Positions 26,390-39,849 of a stretch of DNA of 64,000 nucleotides are shown here, one piece after another. The stretch comes from the human T2T-CHM13v2.0 reference genome, Homo sapiens, in NCBI RefSeq assembly GCF_009914755.1, contig NC_060938.1; one strand, given 5' to 3'. Positions within the stretch are counted from its first letter, which is position 1; each line of letters opens with the position of its first letter. The translations under genes were made by a program, and so were the position numbers. A model generated the notes under the pieces. The model was not told where the DNA came from. It worked only from the letters and a program-made list of their open reading frames with translations, and did not search any database.

Positions 26390-28282
26390 AGAGGGTGATG
26401 GTGCCAGCAGTGGTGGTAATATTAGTTCTGGTGGTGAAGGTGGTGGTGGTGGTGAGAGTGGTGGTGGTTGTAATGGTGATATTAGTTCTGGTGGTGATGG
26501 TGGTGGTGGTAGTGGTGAGAGTGGTGATAGTTGCAATGATGATAATAGTTCTGGTGGTGATGGTGGTGCTGGTGTTGGTGGTGGTAATGAAGGTGGTGGT
26601 GATGGTGCTGCTCGTGGTGGTGATGGTGGAAATAATAGTTGTGATGGTGATGGTGGTGGTGAGAGTGGTGGTGGAGGTGGTGATGATGGTGATGATGGCA
26701 CTGTGGTGGTGATGAAGGTGGTGGTGGTGATGGAAGTAGTAGTTGTGGTGATGGTGATGTTGGTGGAGGTGGTGGTGGTGGTGATGGTGTTGGCGGGGGT
26801 GGTGGTGCTGGTAATAATGGAGGTGGTGGTGGTTATGGTGATGATGGAGCTGGAGGTGGTGATGCAGGTGATGATAGTTGAGGCTGGTGGTGATAGTTGC
26901 CATAGTGATGGTGGTGTTGATGGAGGTGGTGGTGATGGTAGTGGTGGTGGTAACGGTGGTGATAATAATTGGGGAGGTGATGGTGGTGGTAGTAGTGGTG
27001 ACGGTGGTGATTATAGTTATGGTGGTTACAGTGGGTGATGGAGAGGATGGTGATGGTGGTGATGGAGGTAGTGGTGGTGACAGTGGTGATAATATTTGTG
27101 GTGGTGATGGAGGTGGTGGTGATGGTGGTGGTGCTGGTGATGGTGTTGATGGAGCTGGAGGTGGGGATGATGGAGATGATGGTGGTGATGGAGATGGTGG
27201 TGGTGATGGTGATGATAATAGTTGTGATGGTGGTGGTGATGGTAGTGATGGAGGTGGTGGTGGTGATGGTGATGATAATAGTTGTGGTGATGGAGGTGGT
27301 GATGGAGGTGGTGGTGATGGTGGTGATGGAGATGGTGGTGGTGATGGTGATGATAATAGTTGTGGTGATGGAGGTGGTGATGGTGGTGACGGAGGTGGTG
27401 GTGGTGATGGTGATGATAATAGTTGTGGTGATGGAGGTGGTGATGGAGGTGGTGGTGATGGTGGTGATGGAGGTAGTGGTGGTGACAGTGGTGATAATAT
27501 TTGTGGTGGTGATGGAGGTGGTGGTGATGGAGGTGGTGGTGATGGAGGTGGTGCTGGTGATGGTGTTGATGGAGCTGGAGGTGGTGATGATGGAGATGAT
27601 GGTGGTGATGGAAGTGGTGGTGGTGATGGAGGTGGGGATGATGGAGATGATGGTGGTGATGGAGATGGTGGTGGTGATGGTGATGATAATAGTTGTGATG
27701 GTGGTGGTGATGGTAGTGATGGAGGTGGTGGTGGTGATGGTGATGATAATAGTTGTGGTGATGGAGGTGGTGATGGAGGTGGTGGTGATGGTGGTGATGG
27801 AGATGGTGGTGGTGATGGTGATGATAATAGTTGTGGTGATGGAGGTGGTGATGGTGGTGACGGAGGTGGTGGTGATGGTGGTGGTGGTGATGGTATTGAT
27901 AATAACTGGGGCGGTGGTAGTCATGGTGGTGATTATAGTTATGGTGATGACAGTGGTGGCGATGGAGAGGCTGGTGATGGTGGTGCTGGTGATGGTGATG
28001 ACAGAGCTGGTGGTGGTGACAGTGGTGATAATAGTTGTGGTGGTGATGGAGGTAGTGGTTATGGAGGTGGTGGTGATGGTGGTGGTGGTGATGGTGTTAA
28101 TAATAACTGGGGCAGTGGTAGTGATGGTGGTAATTATAGTTATGGTGATGACAGTGGTGGTGATGGAGAGGCTGGTGATGGTGGTGCTGGTGATGGTGAT
28201 GATGGAGGCAGTGGTGGTGACAGTGGTGATAATAGTTGTGGTGGTGATGGAGTTGATGGTGGTGGTGGTTGTGATGATGGTG
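26390..28282. repeat. ~1.9-kb GGT/GAT/GGA triplet-based VNTR with higher-order duplications
   Basis: Plus strand almost devoid of C. Marker GATAATATTTGTGG recurs at ~27088 and ~27493; AATAACTGGGG..TTATAGTTATGGTGATGACAGTGG recurs at ~27901 and ~28102. Confidence 0.97.
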
Positions 28283-28891
28283 CAGTCACTGAACAAATCT
28301 TTACCCTAATAATATTAAATAATTATTCATAAGTAATAATTAAGTAATTATTAAATTATTTCTTTTTTGAACCATAGTTTTCATGTGGCCCCAAAGAGAA
28401 AGTTCTTTATTGTATTCTCTTTCATCTTCTGAAAATTCAAACACATTTTAACCTTCAGGACTTCCAGTTTTGAACTCTTCTTGGTCGTCTATTCTATTCC
28501 TGAGTGAGAAAAAAGGCTTTGAAGGTCACCTTTGATAGAGAAAGATACAGCAGGAGGAGATAACAGGTCATTCCGACAGTGAGACAGGGAATAGAAAATT
28601 GCTCTAGATGGCTGCTCTAGATGGAATCTCCTCTCTTGGCCTGCCACTGCCATTCATTAATTAATTCCTCCATGTACAGGTTCTTACTGACTGCCCTCTC
28701 TGCACCTGGCACTGTGGCAGGCGCTGAGGACACAAGGCTAACCCAAGTTCCCCCAAGCTGCCACACGTGCAGGCCTCTCCTGGGGGAAGTGCAATGGCCT
28801 CAACCTTGTACCTGGAATCCAGTGGGAGAAATGTCTGTAATTCATCTATGGCTTCACTGTGCCGGTTGGCTGATCTATATAATTAGGTCCC

Positions 28892-29261
28892 TGCTATGGT
28901 TTAAATGTTCTTTCCCTCTGAAACTCATGTTAAAACAATCCCTAATGTAACAGTATTAAGAGTTGGGCCTTTAAGAGGTGATTGGGTTATGAGGGCTCTG
29001 CCCTCATGAGTGGATTAGTCCATTCATGGATTAATGAATTCATGAGTTATTACAGGAGTGGGCTTTTTTATAGAAGCAGTTTGGTTTTCAGTGCAACCCT
29101 CTCGCCCTGTGATGTCTTCTGCCAAGTTGTGACGCAGCATGAGGCTGATCGGATGCGGCTACCTGATCTTGGACTTCCCAGCCTCAGGCTGTAAGAAAGA
29201 AACCTTTTTTATTTTTAAATTACATCTCAGGTATCCTGAATAGCAGCAGAAAATGGACTAA
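28892..29261 (+). mobile_element. MaLR solo LTR (MST family)
   Basis: tgctatggtttaaatgtt...aaatggactaa; flanking GTCCC 5-bp TSD. Confidence 0.8.
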
Positions 29262-31489
29262 GTCCCCAAACCCAGAAATTTAATAAAAGAAAAAAATCAA
29301 ACCATGCACATAATTCCTCAATGGAACTCTTAATCTAGTAAAAGATTAAGTGACAGTCCACAGGGCCCACAGTCTCCAGTATCTTTGATGTGTCAGGCTT
29401 AGGCATGGGAGGAGGTGAGACAGTAGGGAGAAGTAGGCAGGTGTAGCTGGGGGGAGTACCAGCAGGCAGAAGCCCCTCTGGGACCTGAAATGCCACCAGG
29501 GGGAGATCCAACCCCACTGCTCCCGCCCAGGAAGACCCACTGGGGACAGGTGGCATTGAGCCTGGCCACATCATCTCCAGGTTGGTGGTGCCACCTCCGA
29601 TGGCCTTCCCCATTGTTCCATCTCTAATCAGAAGGATAAAATGTGCCAGCAGCTCTATCTGCCACCCTGGAGGGTGACAGCAATGACCATCAGGGGTTTT
29701 CTTAGAAGATGAAAGCTCTGGTTTGTCTCTGGGCAATTGTGGTAGAAGACAGATTTTTCTGTCACCCTGTGGGTGATTTGTGTTCCTGTTTCCTTAATGT
29801 CCTTCCCAGTGGTTTCTAAAGAGATGCCCTATGCCAACATTCTCTTCAACTCTGCTTCTTTTCTTTAAATGGGACTTTGATTCTAGAACAGTTGCATAAC
29901 GTGATGTTCTGCAGAAGCCCAGCCTCCCACCTGCATGCCCTCCCTTGGGCTGCCCCGTTCCAGTTTCCTAAGCAGACCCTGTATTACTCTGCTTCCCTGC
30001 TGTGTCTTAAAAGAGAATGCAATGGCCTTGCTGGGAAAGAGCTTGTTTTCTCACAGAGCCTGTCCTCGGATAGGCTGTCTGTGGCCCATCATCCAGGACC
30101 CATTCTCTGTGGATCTGTGGGCCTCCACCTACCCTTCCAGGAATGTCCACACTGTAGCTAAGCTTTGCACATCCCTTCTCATAAATACGAAGAGGCGGCT
30201 CTCCACCCCAGGGCTGCCTCCATTCCAGCTTCCTATATCTACACAAAACAAACTCTTCAACTCAAACTCCACCACCCCACAAAAGCGTCCTTGGATTTTT
30301 TTCAGAGTTAGAAGAGGCCACACCCTTCTCTCTTCCCCACAGTGCCTGACCTGTGCCCTTCCTGAGATAAGGACCACAGGCTGTTTGTGGACTCAATATT
30401 TGTTCTCTGTCCTGGTTTCATCCCATGACCCTATGAATCTACTGTCCAGCTTGGGTTTGGAAGGCGTGGAGATGGACTGCCTTCAGCCATGGCGAGTGTG
30501 GTCAGGGCTGCCCGCTCCTTCAGGGTCTGCCCGCTCCTTCTTGGGGCAGGCATCACCCAGGGGCTGAGCAAGATGAGATTCAAAGTCCAGCCATTTGAGC
30601 CCAACAGGGAACTCAACTGAGCAGCACTCTCTCTCATGCTGAGGAGTGAGTAGGCCAAAGCTTTGCAGGCTGGCCTTGCAGCTCAACTTCTCCATCTGCT
30701 CCACCCTTAGGTGGGGATCCCTGACAAGAATCTTGTACCCCAAACGCCATCCCAGCTTCTGCTTCCAGAGAACCCAGCTGGCTATTTGGGCTTTCTCTAT
30801 TTATTCTTCCATTCAACGAATACCAATTAAGCACTGACTGTGTGCTGCATTGCACTGGGCAGTGGAGACCCAGCAGCAAACAATGTGGGATGGACAGACT
30901 AGAATGGTGAGACAGGCTAGAAGAAGTAATACTCACAGACTAGAAGTGAGTAATGAATGATGATGGCAAATGTTACGGGAACAGACAGGGTGATGGGACA
31001 GAGAGTAACTTGGAGGCAACTTCCCGTGTTGCAGAAAAGCTTCTCTGAGGAGGAGATGTTTGTTCTGAGTCCTGAAGGTTGAGGAGCCAGACATGGGAAG
31101 AACTCTTCTCCTGGCCCTGTATGCCCAACTGCCACCTGGACACCTCCCCAAATGCCCTCAGCCCCGAGTAGCCCCAGGTAGGCTCCCCTGTCCCCAGTCC
31201 TTACTACCACTCCTCTGCCTGTGTTTATGATCTTAGTGGATGCCACCCAGATCCTTGGTCATCACCCTAACCCCTCCCTCTCCCTCAGCACTAGGTCCTG
31301 ATGCCACCTGTCCTTGAGGTGGCCGCACCTCCCAAGCTGATTGCGAGGGCTTGGTTTGGGTAGGCCCTCAGCACTGTCACCAGCAGTTGCAATACTTGCC
31401 TAACAGGTGGCCCTTCTTCAGTAGGTCCACTGTCCTGTACCATACTCCACCCTCACCTACTCACAGAACTAAGCACTCCGAGCTCTGGG

Positions 31490-31940
31490 ATCGTGTGTCA
31501 CCTGCAGCATCAGTGTGCTGCGAGTAGCACAGGCTGGTAGGCTAACACGACGGATACTTGTCTCTCAGTTCTGGTGGCTGGAAGTCAGAGAGCAAGGTGT
31601 GGGCAGTACCACGCTCCTTCTGAGACTCTGGGTAGAACCCTTCCTTGCCTCTTTCCAGCCTATGGTGGTGGCAACAATGCTTGGTGCTCCTCAAACAGCA
31701 GCTGCATCCGTCCAATCTCTGCCTCTGTCGTCACGTGGCCGTATTCATGTCATCTCCCTCTGTGCACCTCTGTCTGTGTGTTCAAATTTCCCCTCTTTGG
31801 AAAGACAGTAGTCTTAATGACTTCATTTTAACTTTACCTCTGTAAAGAATCTGTTTCCAAATATGATCACATTCTGAGGTGCTTGGGATTAGGAACTCAA
31901 GCCACTTTTATCTGGAGTAGACATAACTCAGTTCCTAACA
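31490..31940 (-). mobile_element. MaLR LTR (MLT1 family)
   Basis: tctcagttctggtggctggaagtc...tcacattctgaggt...ttcctaaca. Confidence 0.75.
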
Positions 31941-34013
31941 CCTGTTATGCCTTCATCCTATCCTCACTCACATGTTAGCATAATATTTTCTACTAAGGCC
32001 ACCTCCCCTTTCTTACCCCCATCCCAAAACCCAGTTCTGTTCTTTTCAGTGTTTGGTTTTGCAGCACAACCATTTTTTCAAAAATAATTTTACATGGAGC
32101 CCCAATAATACAAGCACAAACAAACTAGAGGCGCTCTCTGATTGCAGGGCAGGCTGTGAAGGGTTGGAGGGAACACCCCACTCATCCTGCCATGGCACCT
32201 GACTGGCTGGCCTCCGAGGAAGCTGTGGGTCACAGTGTAGAAGCCCTGGCTGGAGTGTGAGTCCCCTGGAACTGCTCCTGGACCTGGAACCTTGGGATTC
32301 CAGACCACCCCCTCACTTTCTCGGGCCTCTGCCTCAATGCTAGCTTCAGAGATGTCTCCCTTGATGACCTATTGTATGTAACAAACAGTACATAATCCCC
32401 TGCCTCTACCCCCTGTTCCTGCCTTATTTTTCCCTCTAGCACTTATCACTGTATTTGTTTATTTGCTTATTGTCTGTCTTCTCCGTGTACTAGAATGTAA
32501 CCTCAGCAGGGAAAAATGCTTCCTTGCTGTTCTTCCAGGGCTTAGAACAGTGCTTGGCTTGAGGTGGATGATCAAGAAATATTTGTTGGGAGGATGGTTA
32601 CCCAGACTTTTTCTTCAACAGTTTTATTGAGGAATAATTCACATTCTAAACCACGATAGGGCACGATTCTGTGTGTCTGTAGATACACAATTTAGCATAT
32701 TCATAAAGGTTTGTGAAACACAACAAATCATTGTCCTGGTCTCTTTCTGTAGATGACACCAGGCAAAAGAATATTGTTGTTGCCAGCAGAACAGTTTATT
32801 ACACATACTCATTCATGGAAAAGAGAAAATCAGAGGTTTAAATGAGGAGACACACATGGACATGGAGTTTCTGTAGATATTATTTTTCTGCTTTTATTTT
32901 ATGAGAAAATATAGGTATTACACTAAGAAGCTTAGGAATGTATATATACTGCCCCTTATGAGTAGATATTTAAAGTTGTTGTGTCATAAAATACTGCAAG
33001 TTCATTAAAGTTTAAAAATTAAACAGTGATGGTTGATACCTGTTGTTTTTGTTGGCTGATGACCTCCTTAACTGAAAACTTTCAATTTTCCATCTATTGG
33101 ATCTTTACTATGGCAGCTGCTATCGTAGTACAATGTGTCCCCAACCTCTGCACATGATTGGTCTAGGTGATTGACCTGAGATGGGTCAATTAGCCTCCTT
33201 CTTGAGGAATTTGGATTCTAAGCTAAGGGATGCTTAGTGTGACTGCTCTCTGAAATGAAAGAGATAAAAATTTGGAGCCCTTGGTGGCTTCGTCCTGCCA
33301 AGCGGACTAAGGAGGGGATAAAAATCAGTTGGCAGTAATAGAGAAAAACAAAACAAAGAAAAAAGTATAAAAGGTTGTGAAAAGGAGAAGAGGAAGGAAG
33401 GGGCTGGATTGCATCACTACCCATTTGTTCTAGGAGACAGTCCTTGGGCCACAGTTGGCTTCTTATCATCCAAAGAAACTTACTTAAGGAAAGCATCAAA
33501 CAAATGAAATATACGTGATTAAATTTGACAATAGCGAAGAGGATCATTTGCATCATGAAGTTTCCTGGAAGCTTTTTTCTCCCCTCTAAATTATTCCCTG
33601 TTTCCTGTGATCTCTGCAAGTCTCTATCTCAGGTTGCAAAGGGAAGGGCCTTTGGGAAAGGTCTTCTTTACCCAGACACTCCCACTCCAAGCCACTATGG
33701 CCCACAAGGCAAGACTTAGCTTAGCCAAAGCCACTCTGTTTCTGCTGCATCTCTCCATCCTGAGTTTCTACCTCCAGCTGAAACATAAATCCTCCAGGGA
33801 AATATTGTTTCAGGCTGCCTGGTGGTAGCAGAGCCCCAGGGTCTCTGAGCCCTGACCTGGACATGACCAAACTTAGGCCATGACACTCTCCCTCCCTTCA
33901 CCTTACTAGAATCTCTCTTTTCAGAATAGTCTCTGCTGCCTTGAGGTGGGTCCTCTCTTTTCCTTATGGGAGCTCCCCTGGGAAGTATGGGGACTTTGTG
34001 AAAACTTAGAAAA

Positions 34014-36555
34014 GAACATCATACTGAACTGACAAAAGCTGGAAGCATTCCCCTTGAAAACCTGCACAAGACAAGGATGTCCTCTTTCACCACTCCTATT
34101 CAATAGAGTATTGGAAGTCCTTGCCAGAGCAATCAGGCAAGAGAAAGAAATAGGAATAGACATTCAAATAGGAAGACAGGACGTCACACTATCCCTGTTT
34201 TGATGATTCTATATCTAAAAACCTCATAGTCTCTGCCCAAAAGCTCCTTGATCTAAATAAATTACTTAAGCAAAGTTTCAGGATACAAAGTCAACATACA
34301 AAAATCAGTAGCATTCCTATAAACCAACAACATCCAAGCTGAGAGCCAAATCAGTAATTCAGTCCTATTCACAATTGCCACAAAAAGAGTAAAATACCTA
34401 GGAATATTGCTAACTAGGCAGGTAAGAGATCTCTACAACAAGAATTACAAAAACTGCTCAAAGCAATCAGAGATGTCTCAAACAAATGAGAAAACATTTC
34501 ATGCTCATGGATAGGAAGAATTGATATCATTAAAATGGTCATACTGCCCAAAGCAATTTACAGATTCAATGTTCTTCCTATCAAGTTACAAATGAAATTC
34601 TTCACAGAATTAGAAAAAAAAATTAAAATTCATATGGAACCAAAAGGGGCTCAAAGAGCCAAAGCAATTCTAAGCAAAAAGAACAAAGCTGGAGGTATCA
34701 CGTTATCTGACATTAAACTATGCTACAGTGCTACAGTAACCAAAACAGCATGGTATTTGACATGGTTTGGCTGTTTCCTCACCCAAATCTCACCTTGAAT
34801 TATAGCTCTGATAATTCCCACATGTTGTGGGATGGACCTGGTGGGAGATAATTGAATCACGGGGGTGGTTCCCCCCTTATTGTTCTCCTGGTAGTCAATA
34901 AGTCTCATGAGATCTGATGGTTTTATAAGTGCTTTCCTCTTTCACTTGGCTCTCACTCTGTCATTCTCCCTCTGGCCATGTAAGACATATCTTTTGCCTT
35001 CCACCATGATTGTGAGGCCTCCCCAGGCACGTGGAACTGTGAGTCCATAAAACCTCTTTTCCTTTATAACTTACCAAGTCTCAGGTGTGTTTTTATCAGC
35101 AGCATGAAAATGGACTAATACAGTAGTGGCACCAAAACAGCATGATGCTGGTACAAAAACAGACACATAGACCAACGGAACAAAGTATAGAGACCAGAAA
35201 TAATGCCACACACCTACAACTATCTGATCTTTGACAAAGCTGAAAAAACAAGCAACAGGGGAAGGACTTGCCATTCAATAAATGGTGCTGGGATAATTGA
35301 CTAGCTATAAGCAGAAGATTGAAACTGGACCCCTACCTTACACCACATATAAAAATCAACGTAAGATGGATTAAAGACTTAAATGTAAAATGTAAAACTA
35401 TGAAAAGACTGGAAGACAATCTAGGAAATACAATTCTGGACATAGGACTTGGCAAAGATTTCATAAGAAAGACTCCAAAAGCAATTGCAACAAAAACAAA
35501 CCTGGACAAATAGGATCAAATTAAACTAAAGAGCTTCTACACAGCAAAATAAATTAACAACAAAGTAAACAGACAACCTACAGGATGGGAAAAACTATTT
35601 GCAAACTATGCATCCTACAATGGTCTAATACCCAGCATCTATAAGGAACTTAAACAAATTTACAAGCAAAAAACAAACAACCCCATTAAAAAGTGGGCAA
35701 ACGATGTGAACAGACACTTTTCAAAAGAAGACATACACATACATGTGGCCAAAAAGCATATGAAAAAATACTGAATATCGCTGATCATTAGAAAAATGCA
35801 ACTCAAAATCATAATGAGATACCATATCACGTAAGTCAGAATGGCCATTATTGAAAAGTCAAAAAATAATAGATGCTGGTGAAATTGTGGAGAAAAGGGA
35901 ATGCTTGTACACTGCTGGTGGGAGTGTAAATTAGTTCAGTTACTGTGGAAAGCAGTGTGGTGATTCCTCAAAGAACATAAAACAAAATTAACATTTGACC
36001 CAGCAATCCCATTATTGAATATATACCCAAAGGAATATAAATCATTCTACCATAAAGACACATGCACGTGAATGTTCACTGCAACACTATTCACAATAGC
36101 AAAGACATGGAATCAACCTAAATGCCCATCAGTGGTAGATAGGATAAATAAAATGTGGTACATATACACCATGGAATACTGGAATACTATGCAACTATAA
36201 AAAGAACAACATCATGTCTTTTGCAGCAATTTGGAGCTGGAGGCCATTATCTTAAGCAAACTAAGTCAGGAACAGAAAACCAAACACTGCTTGTTCTCAC
36301 TTATAAGTGGGAGCTAAAAAATGAGAACACAGGGATGCTAGGAAAGGAACAACAGACCCTGGGGCCAACTTGAGGATGAAGGGTGGAAGGAGGGAGAAGA
36401 TCAGAAAGAATACCTATCAGGTACTATGCTTATTACCTGGGTGATGAAATCATCTGTACAACAAACCTCTGTGACACACAACTTACATATATAACAAACC
36501 TTCACATGTACTCCTGAACCTAAAATAAAAATTAAAAATATTTTAAAAAGAAAAA
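34014..36555 (+). mobile_element. 5'-truncated older primate L1 (ORF2 3' half plus 3'UTR), interrupted by THE1
   Basis: ORF2 fragments ([12 protein letters not shown]..., [14 protein letters not shown]...), 3'UTR and A-tail; candidate TSD AAAACTTAGAAAA at 34001-34013 and 36579-36591. Confidence 0.93.
34758..35122 (+). mobile_element. THE1 solo LTR nested in L1
   Basis: tgacatggtttggctg...ggactaataca; diverged 5-bp TSD gtatt/gtagt. Confidence 0.9.
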
Positions 36556-36659
36556 TGCTAGTGATTCTTAACCTTAAAAAAACTTAGAAAATTTAGTGAT
36601 GAAGAGAATCTAATTCAGCATCAATCAGTGACTATCTTTGCATCCAAATCTACTCTCCC

Positions 36660-36910
36660 TGACTATAGTTAACAATATGATATCGTTCACTTAAACATTT
36701 GTAAAGAGTATAGATGTCATATTAAGTGTTCTTTTAAAAAAATCATAAAGGGACACAAATAAACTTTTGGACATGATGGACATGTTTATTACCTTGACTG
36801 TGGTGACAGTGTCACAAGATGCATACGTCCAACTCATCAAATTATATATATCAAACAAGTGCAGCAGTGTTTTGTAAAGCAATTACACCACAATAAAGCT
36901 ATTTTAAAAA
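36660..36910 (+). mobile_element. L1M 3'UTR fragment
   Basis: gactatagttaacaat...tttattaccttgactgtggtga...caataaagc plus A-rich tail. Confidence 0.75.
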
Positions 36911-37146
36911 AGAAGAAACTTTCCCACCCCCACTGAGGCACCTCAGGGAGAAGGTCTTTCCAAGATCCACCTAAATCTAGGTAAGACTGATAGTATCAAG
37001 ACTAGGGTATGATGTGAACCTCTGCCATAAAACTTCTTGACTTCATGAGGATAATAGTATTGGCCAAGTTGTTGAGAGCTATATTTGTCTTTCCTCTCCT
37101 ATTCTCCTATCCCAGGGTCTCAGGGACCCACAGCTGCCAGGAAAGG

Positions 37147-37553
37147 TGTGTCAGGCTGTTCTTGCATTACTATAAAGAAATACCTGAGACTGGGTAATTT
37201 ATAAAGAGAAGATATTTAATTGGCTCACAGTTCTGAAGGCTGTACAAGCATGGCACCAGCATCTTCTGGACTTCTGGGGAGGCCTCAGGGAACTTACAGT
37301 CATGGTGGAAGGCAAATGGGGAGCTGGCATATCATATGGTGAGAGTGGGAGTGAGAGAGAGAGAGTGGGAAGTTCTCACACTTTTAAACAACCAGATCTC
37401 ATGAGAACTCGCTCATCACAAAGGGAATGGTGCTAAGCCATTCATGAGGGATCTGCCCCCATGATCCAAACACCTCCCACCAGGCCTTCCCTCCAACACC
37501 AGGGATTACATTTCAACATAAATTTGGCAGGGTCACGGATTCATACCATATCA
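37147..37553 (-). mobile_element. MST/THE1-type MaLR solo LTR
   Basis: tataaagaaatacctgagactgggtaattt...cataccatatca. Confidence 0.88.
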
Positions 37554-37622
37554 AAAGAGATCCTAGATGTAACATCCTCGATCAATCAAAGCTCAGACTT
37601 CTCACTGGAAATTCAGCAAATA

Positions 37623-38560
37623 CAGACAGTTCCCCTTTTGCACAGTTCCAATGTGCATGAATTTCACTTACATGATTTTGCTAAGTAACATCAGTCTTCC
37701 AACAACACGATTCAGATTTCAATTGCCACAGTGTACTACCTGTGAATAACTTCCCAAAGTACAAACTTCTCCACTAGCTATTCAGTAAATACTAGAAGTG
37801 CATCACGATCAGTGGTCAGTCATGTCACTTCTTTCAATGTCTGTCAACCACTGGTTCATTTGCATCTGTTGTTCAGGTCAGGCACAGACAGCAAAGCGTG
37901 TAGGTATGCTGCCTCCCTGTCTCCCAATTACAAACCCATGTGAGATTTCACAAAAATGGACAGTTGAGGGAAGGAATTGGCCAGCAAAGACAGAAATGCA
38001 GCAAAGCAGAAAAATGTGATAATACTAAACTGAAATCTGAATAGAACAAAAATGGAGTTATGAAAAAGAGAGCTGGTGATGAAAATGTTGACATCCACCA
38101 TTAGAAAGGCTTTACAGATAATGCAGCCAGAGGAACTTGGTGAAGACCAGACTCTCAGAGATATTTCATGACATCGAAAGAACAAAAGATAAAATCTTAG
38201 AAGCCCATCTAAATTTAGAAAGGAGTAAGTTAAAGATCCTTGCTCTGGATCATGAAGAATACAATAAGAAGACAAGCATTGCTCTAACTGTTGTTGATAA
38301 GGTATTTTTTAAGAAATAAATAAAACACTTTAATGCTCTATGTTTCTATGTTTTAAATTACAGTGTATTAAATAAATATTAATTTTACTATTTTTTTTTC
38401 GTTTTCTATCCATTTATAGCCAACAGTAAGAGAATGTTGGCATTTGACAAAATTAAAGAACAATTGTGATTTTTTTCCCATCAAATGTTAAGATCATGGT
38501 GCAGGATGTCAGCTTGCATGGTCATGTTTACTGTCAGGTACTATCCACCTGCAAGATGAG
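37623..38560. mobile_element. Non-autonomous TcMar-Tigger element (MER82-like)
   Basis: TA-flanked start cagacagttccccttttgcacagttcc...; internal text resembles recalled Tigger-derived consensus. Right boundary approximate. Confidence 0.65.
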
Positions 38561-39849
38561 ATAACCTTATTATAACCCTTAGTCCATTGCTTGCCTCAGA
38601 ATAATCCTGCTGAGGATATTAGCTGCTCTCATTCTTATCTTGGCAACGGTAGATTGAAAAACATGGGGTTATCTTCCTGGGGTATATAGGAAGTCACAAA
38701 GTCCTCTGATAATGATATCTAATTCAATCCCCCTCAATAACCCTGTGAGATGAACATTCACCCGTTTCACAGTTGAGGAGAATAAGATAGGTTAGACCAC
38801 GCATTTAAAATCACACAGCCACAGTGAATAAATGCTGTAGCCAGCCACTAATCCAGATTCCCTGACTCTACGTACCCACTCCCATTTTCCCACCACTTCC
38901 TGGTATGAAGGCTTTGCAAATACCAGATATGATAAACTGAGTTATGAAGAATGAAGACAGCTGATCTAAGATGAAGTAGGCTCTACACATACGCATTTAC
39001 TCAGCAAACATTTAATTTAGTAACTACTTGTGCCATATCTGGGGTAAACTCTGGAACTGCAAAGATTAAAGAGACATCTCTATGCCTTCAAGGATCTCCC
39101 AGGCTAGTACGACAGGCAGACTAGGAAACAACTGCCAATAATAAGATAAGAGACCCACTGACTAGGCAAAGGATTTTGTTGTTAATTTGTAGATTCTATT
39201 TTTTAAGCTTTTTGGATCTTAATCAGCTTGCATTCATCAACAAATTGGCAACTGGTGTATTTTCATATTTTTAACCAACAAGTCATGTATCAGTCAGGAC
39301 AGATAAGACTATGCTGCAATAACAAATGGCCCCAACATTTCAGGGTCTTAAAGCAACAACAGTTGATTCTTGCTCATGCCACAGGTCAGTCACAGATTGG
39401 CTGCTGGTCCACATAATCTTCCCTCTGGGAGCCAAAATCTTTCCCAAATATCACCAGCTGTAGTGGCTAGTGGCAGTGGTGAGAAAAGCATGGTGAGCCA
39501 TGCATGGCTTGTGAAGGCTACTTCCAGAAGTGATCACATCACTTCTGCACTTATTTGACTGTGCAAGGTCAACGTATAATCTTTTCCCAAGGAGGAGCAG
39601 CAAACACAACAGTCTACCCCAGGTTCAAATTCACGGAAACACTTTGTTTGCAAAATTTTTTAATAGATTAAAAATTTTTAAATCTTTTTTTTTTGCTTTT
39701 AAAAGATTCTCCCAAACCCGAGGCTGGTTTTTTCATTTGTTTGTTTGTTTTTGTATGTCTTTTGAAAAATTTTACTTTCTCATTCATAATAAAAGCCTAT
39801 CTTTTATATCAGAGGGATAGGCAACTTTTGGGGGGGGGAATAAATCCAC

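Noticed and set aside
26373-28332. Long ORFs (484 aa Gly/Asp, 424 aa Val/Met, 487 aa Thr/Ile, His-rich, Pro-rich) as a novel structural or mucin-like gene
   Set aside because: They overlap in several frames on both strands and stay open only because GGT/GAT triplets confine stops to one frame; no splice signals or non-repeat domain.
34738-35150. Apparent 14-bp TSD (ACCAAAACAGCATG) around THE1
   Set aside because: Better explained by a normal 5-bp TSD plus a small duplication of internally repetitive L1 sequence.
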